Below are positions 5,058 through 5,151 of a DNA stretch of 5,151 nt, piece after piece. Position 1 is the first letter of the stretch. Each line of letters starts with the position of its first letter. This DNA comes from Dictyostelium discoideum (Eukaryota). The notes beneath the pieces are model-generated. The model was not told the origin of the DNA and searched no databases. It worked only from the letters and a program-made list of their open reading frames with translations. The DNA lies in assembly GCA_000004695.1 (NCBI GenBank), contig CH709168.1, forward strand, positions 1 through 5,151. Direction: 5' to 3'. The position numbers were made by a program, and so were the translations under genes.

Positions 5058-5151
5058 ATGGAAATTCCAAAAAGCTATGTGGCAACTGATTTTAAATATG
5101 TTAACAACCAACCTTATGTGCGTGGTCAGCGTGTATTAATAATAATGCCTA
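5058..5151 (+). CDS. 5' part of an ORF running off the window (MEIPKSYVATDFKYVNNQPYVRGQRVLIIMP...).
   Basis: ATG preceded by AAGAGGA ~11 nt upstream. The frame is open to the window end. Confidence 0.4.
   Translation, partial: MEIPKSYVATDFKYVNNQPYVRGQRVLIIMP

Overview
This 5.15-kb window is a compositional mosaic. Bases 1-1680 are AT-rich with yeast-like codon usage (AGA, GGT, TCT and GCT preferred; N/K/D/S-rich proteins). They carry a frameshifted FLP/Crypton-like tyrosine recombinase catalytic domain (707-1307) with an upstream TATAAAG motif and repeated ACCAAT motifs, plus two further ORF fragments. Bases ~1700-3590 and 4200-5151 look enterobacterial or phage-like, with CTG, CGT, GGT and CCG codons, Shine-Dalgarno sites, intrinsic terminators and a tRNA with encoded CCA. 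This part holds a 285-bp element bounded by 42-bp inverted repeats (inner 30 bp perfect) around a 201-bp core, followed by a terminator hairpin. Directly after it lie the decayed, multi-frame remains of a Hin/Gin-type serine recombinase (VW.LD motif ... GR.G..GR ... C-terminal IAEML.I.RS.IFRYRK helix-turn-helix, spaced as in the family), closed by a second terminator. Downstream are a tRNA-Ser(UGA) with two non-canonical pairs, two convergent small ORFs, an ORF containing an in-frame TAG, and a 5'-partial ORF at the window end. Bases 3600-4200 form an extremely AT-rich, non-coding island packed with short repeat families. These include three direct plus three inverted copies of a 12-mer forming a ~110-bp imperfect palindrome, two tandem 20-bp iterons, helically phased CTTTAAAT units, and a 16-bp perfect palindrome. 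The most interesting candidate system is the inverted-repeat-bounded segment beside the invertase remnant, a possible fossil DNA-inversion switch. It sits between two recombinase pseudogenes and a tRNA, next to an origin-like iteron and palindrome island. All calls are read from the sequence by eye. No database search was possible, so product names are motif-level inferences.
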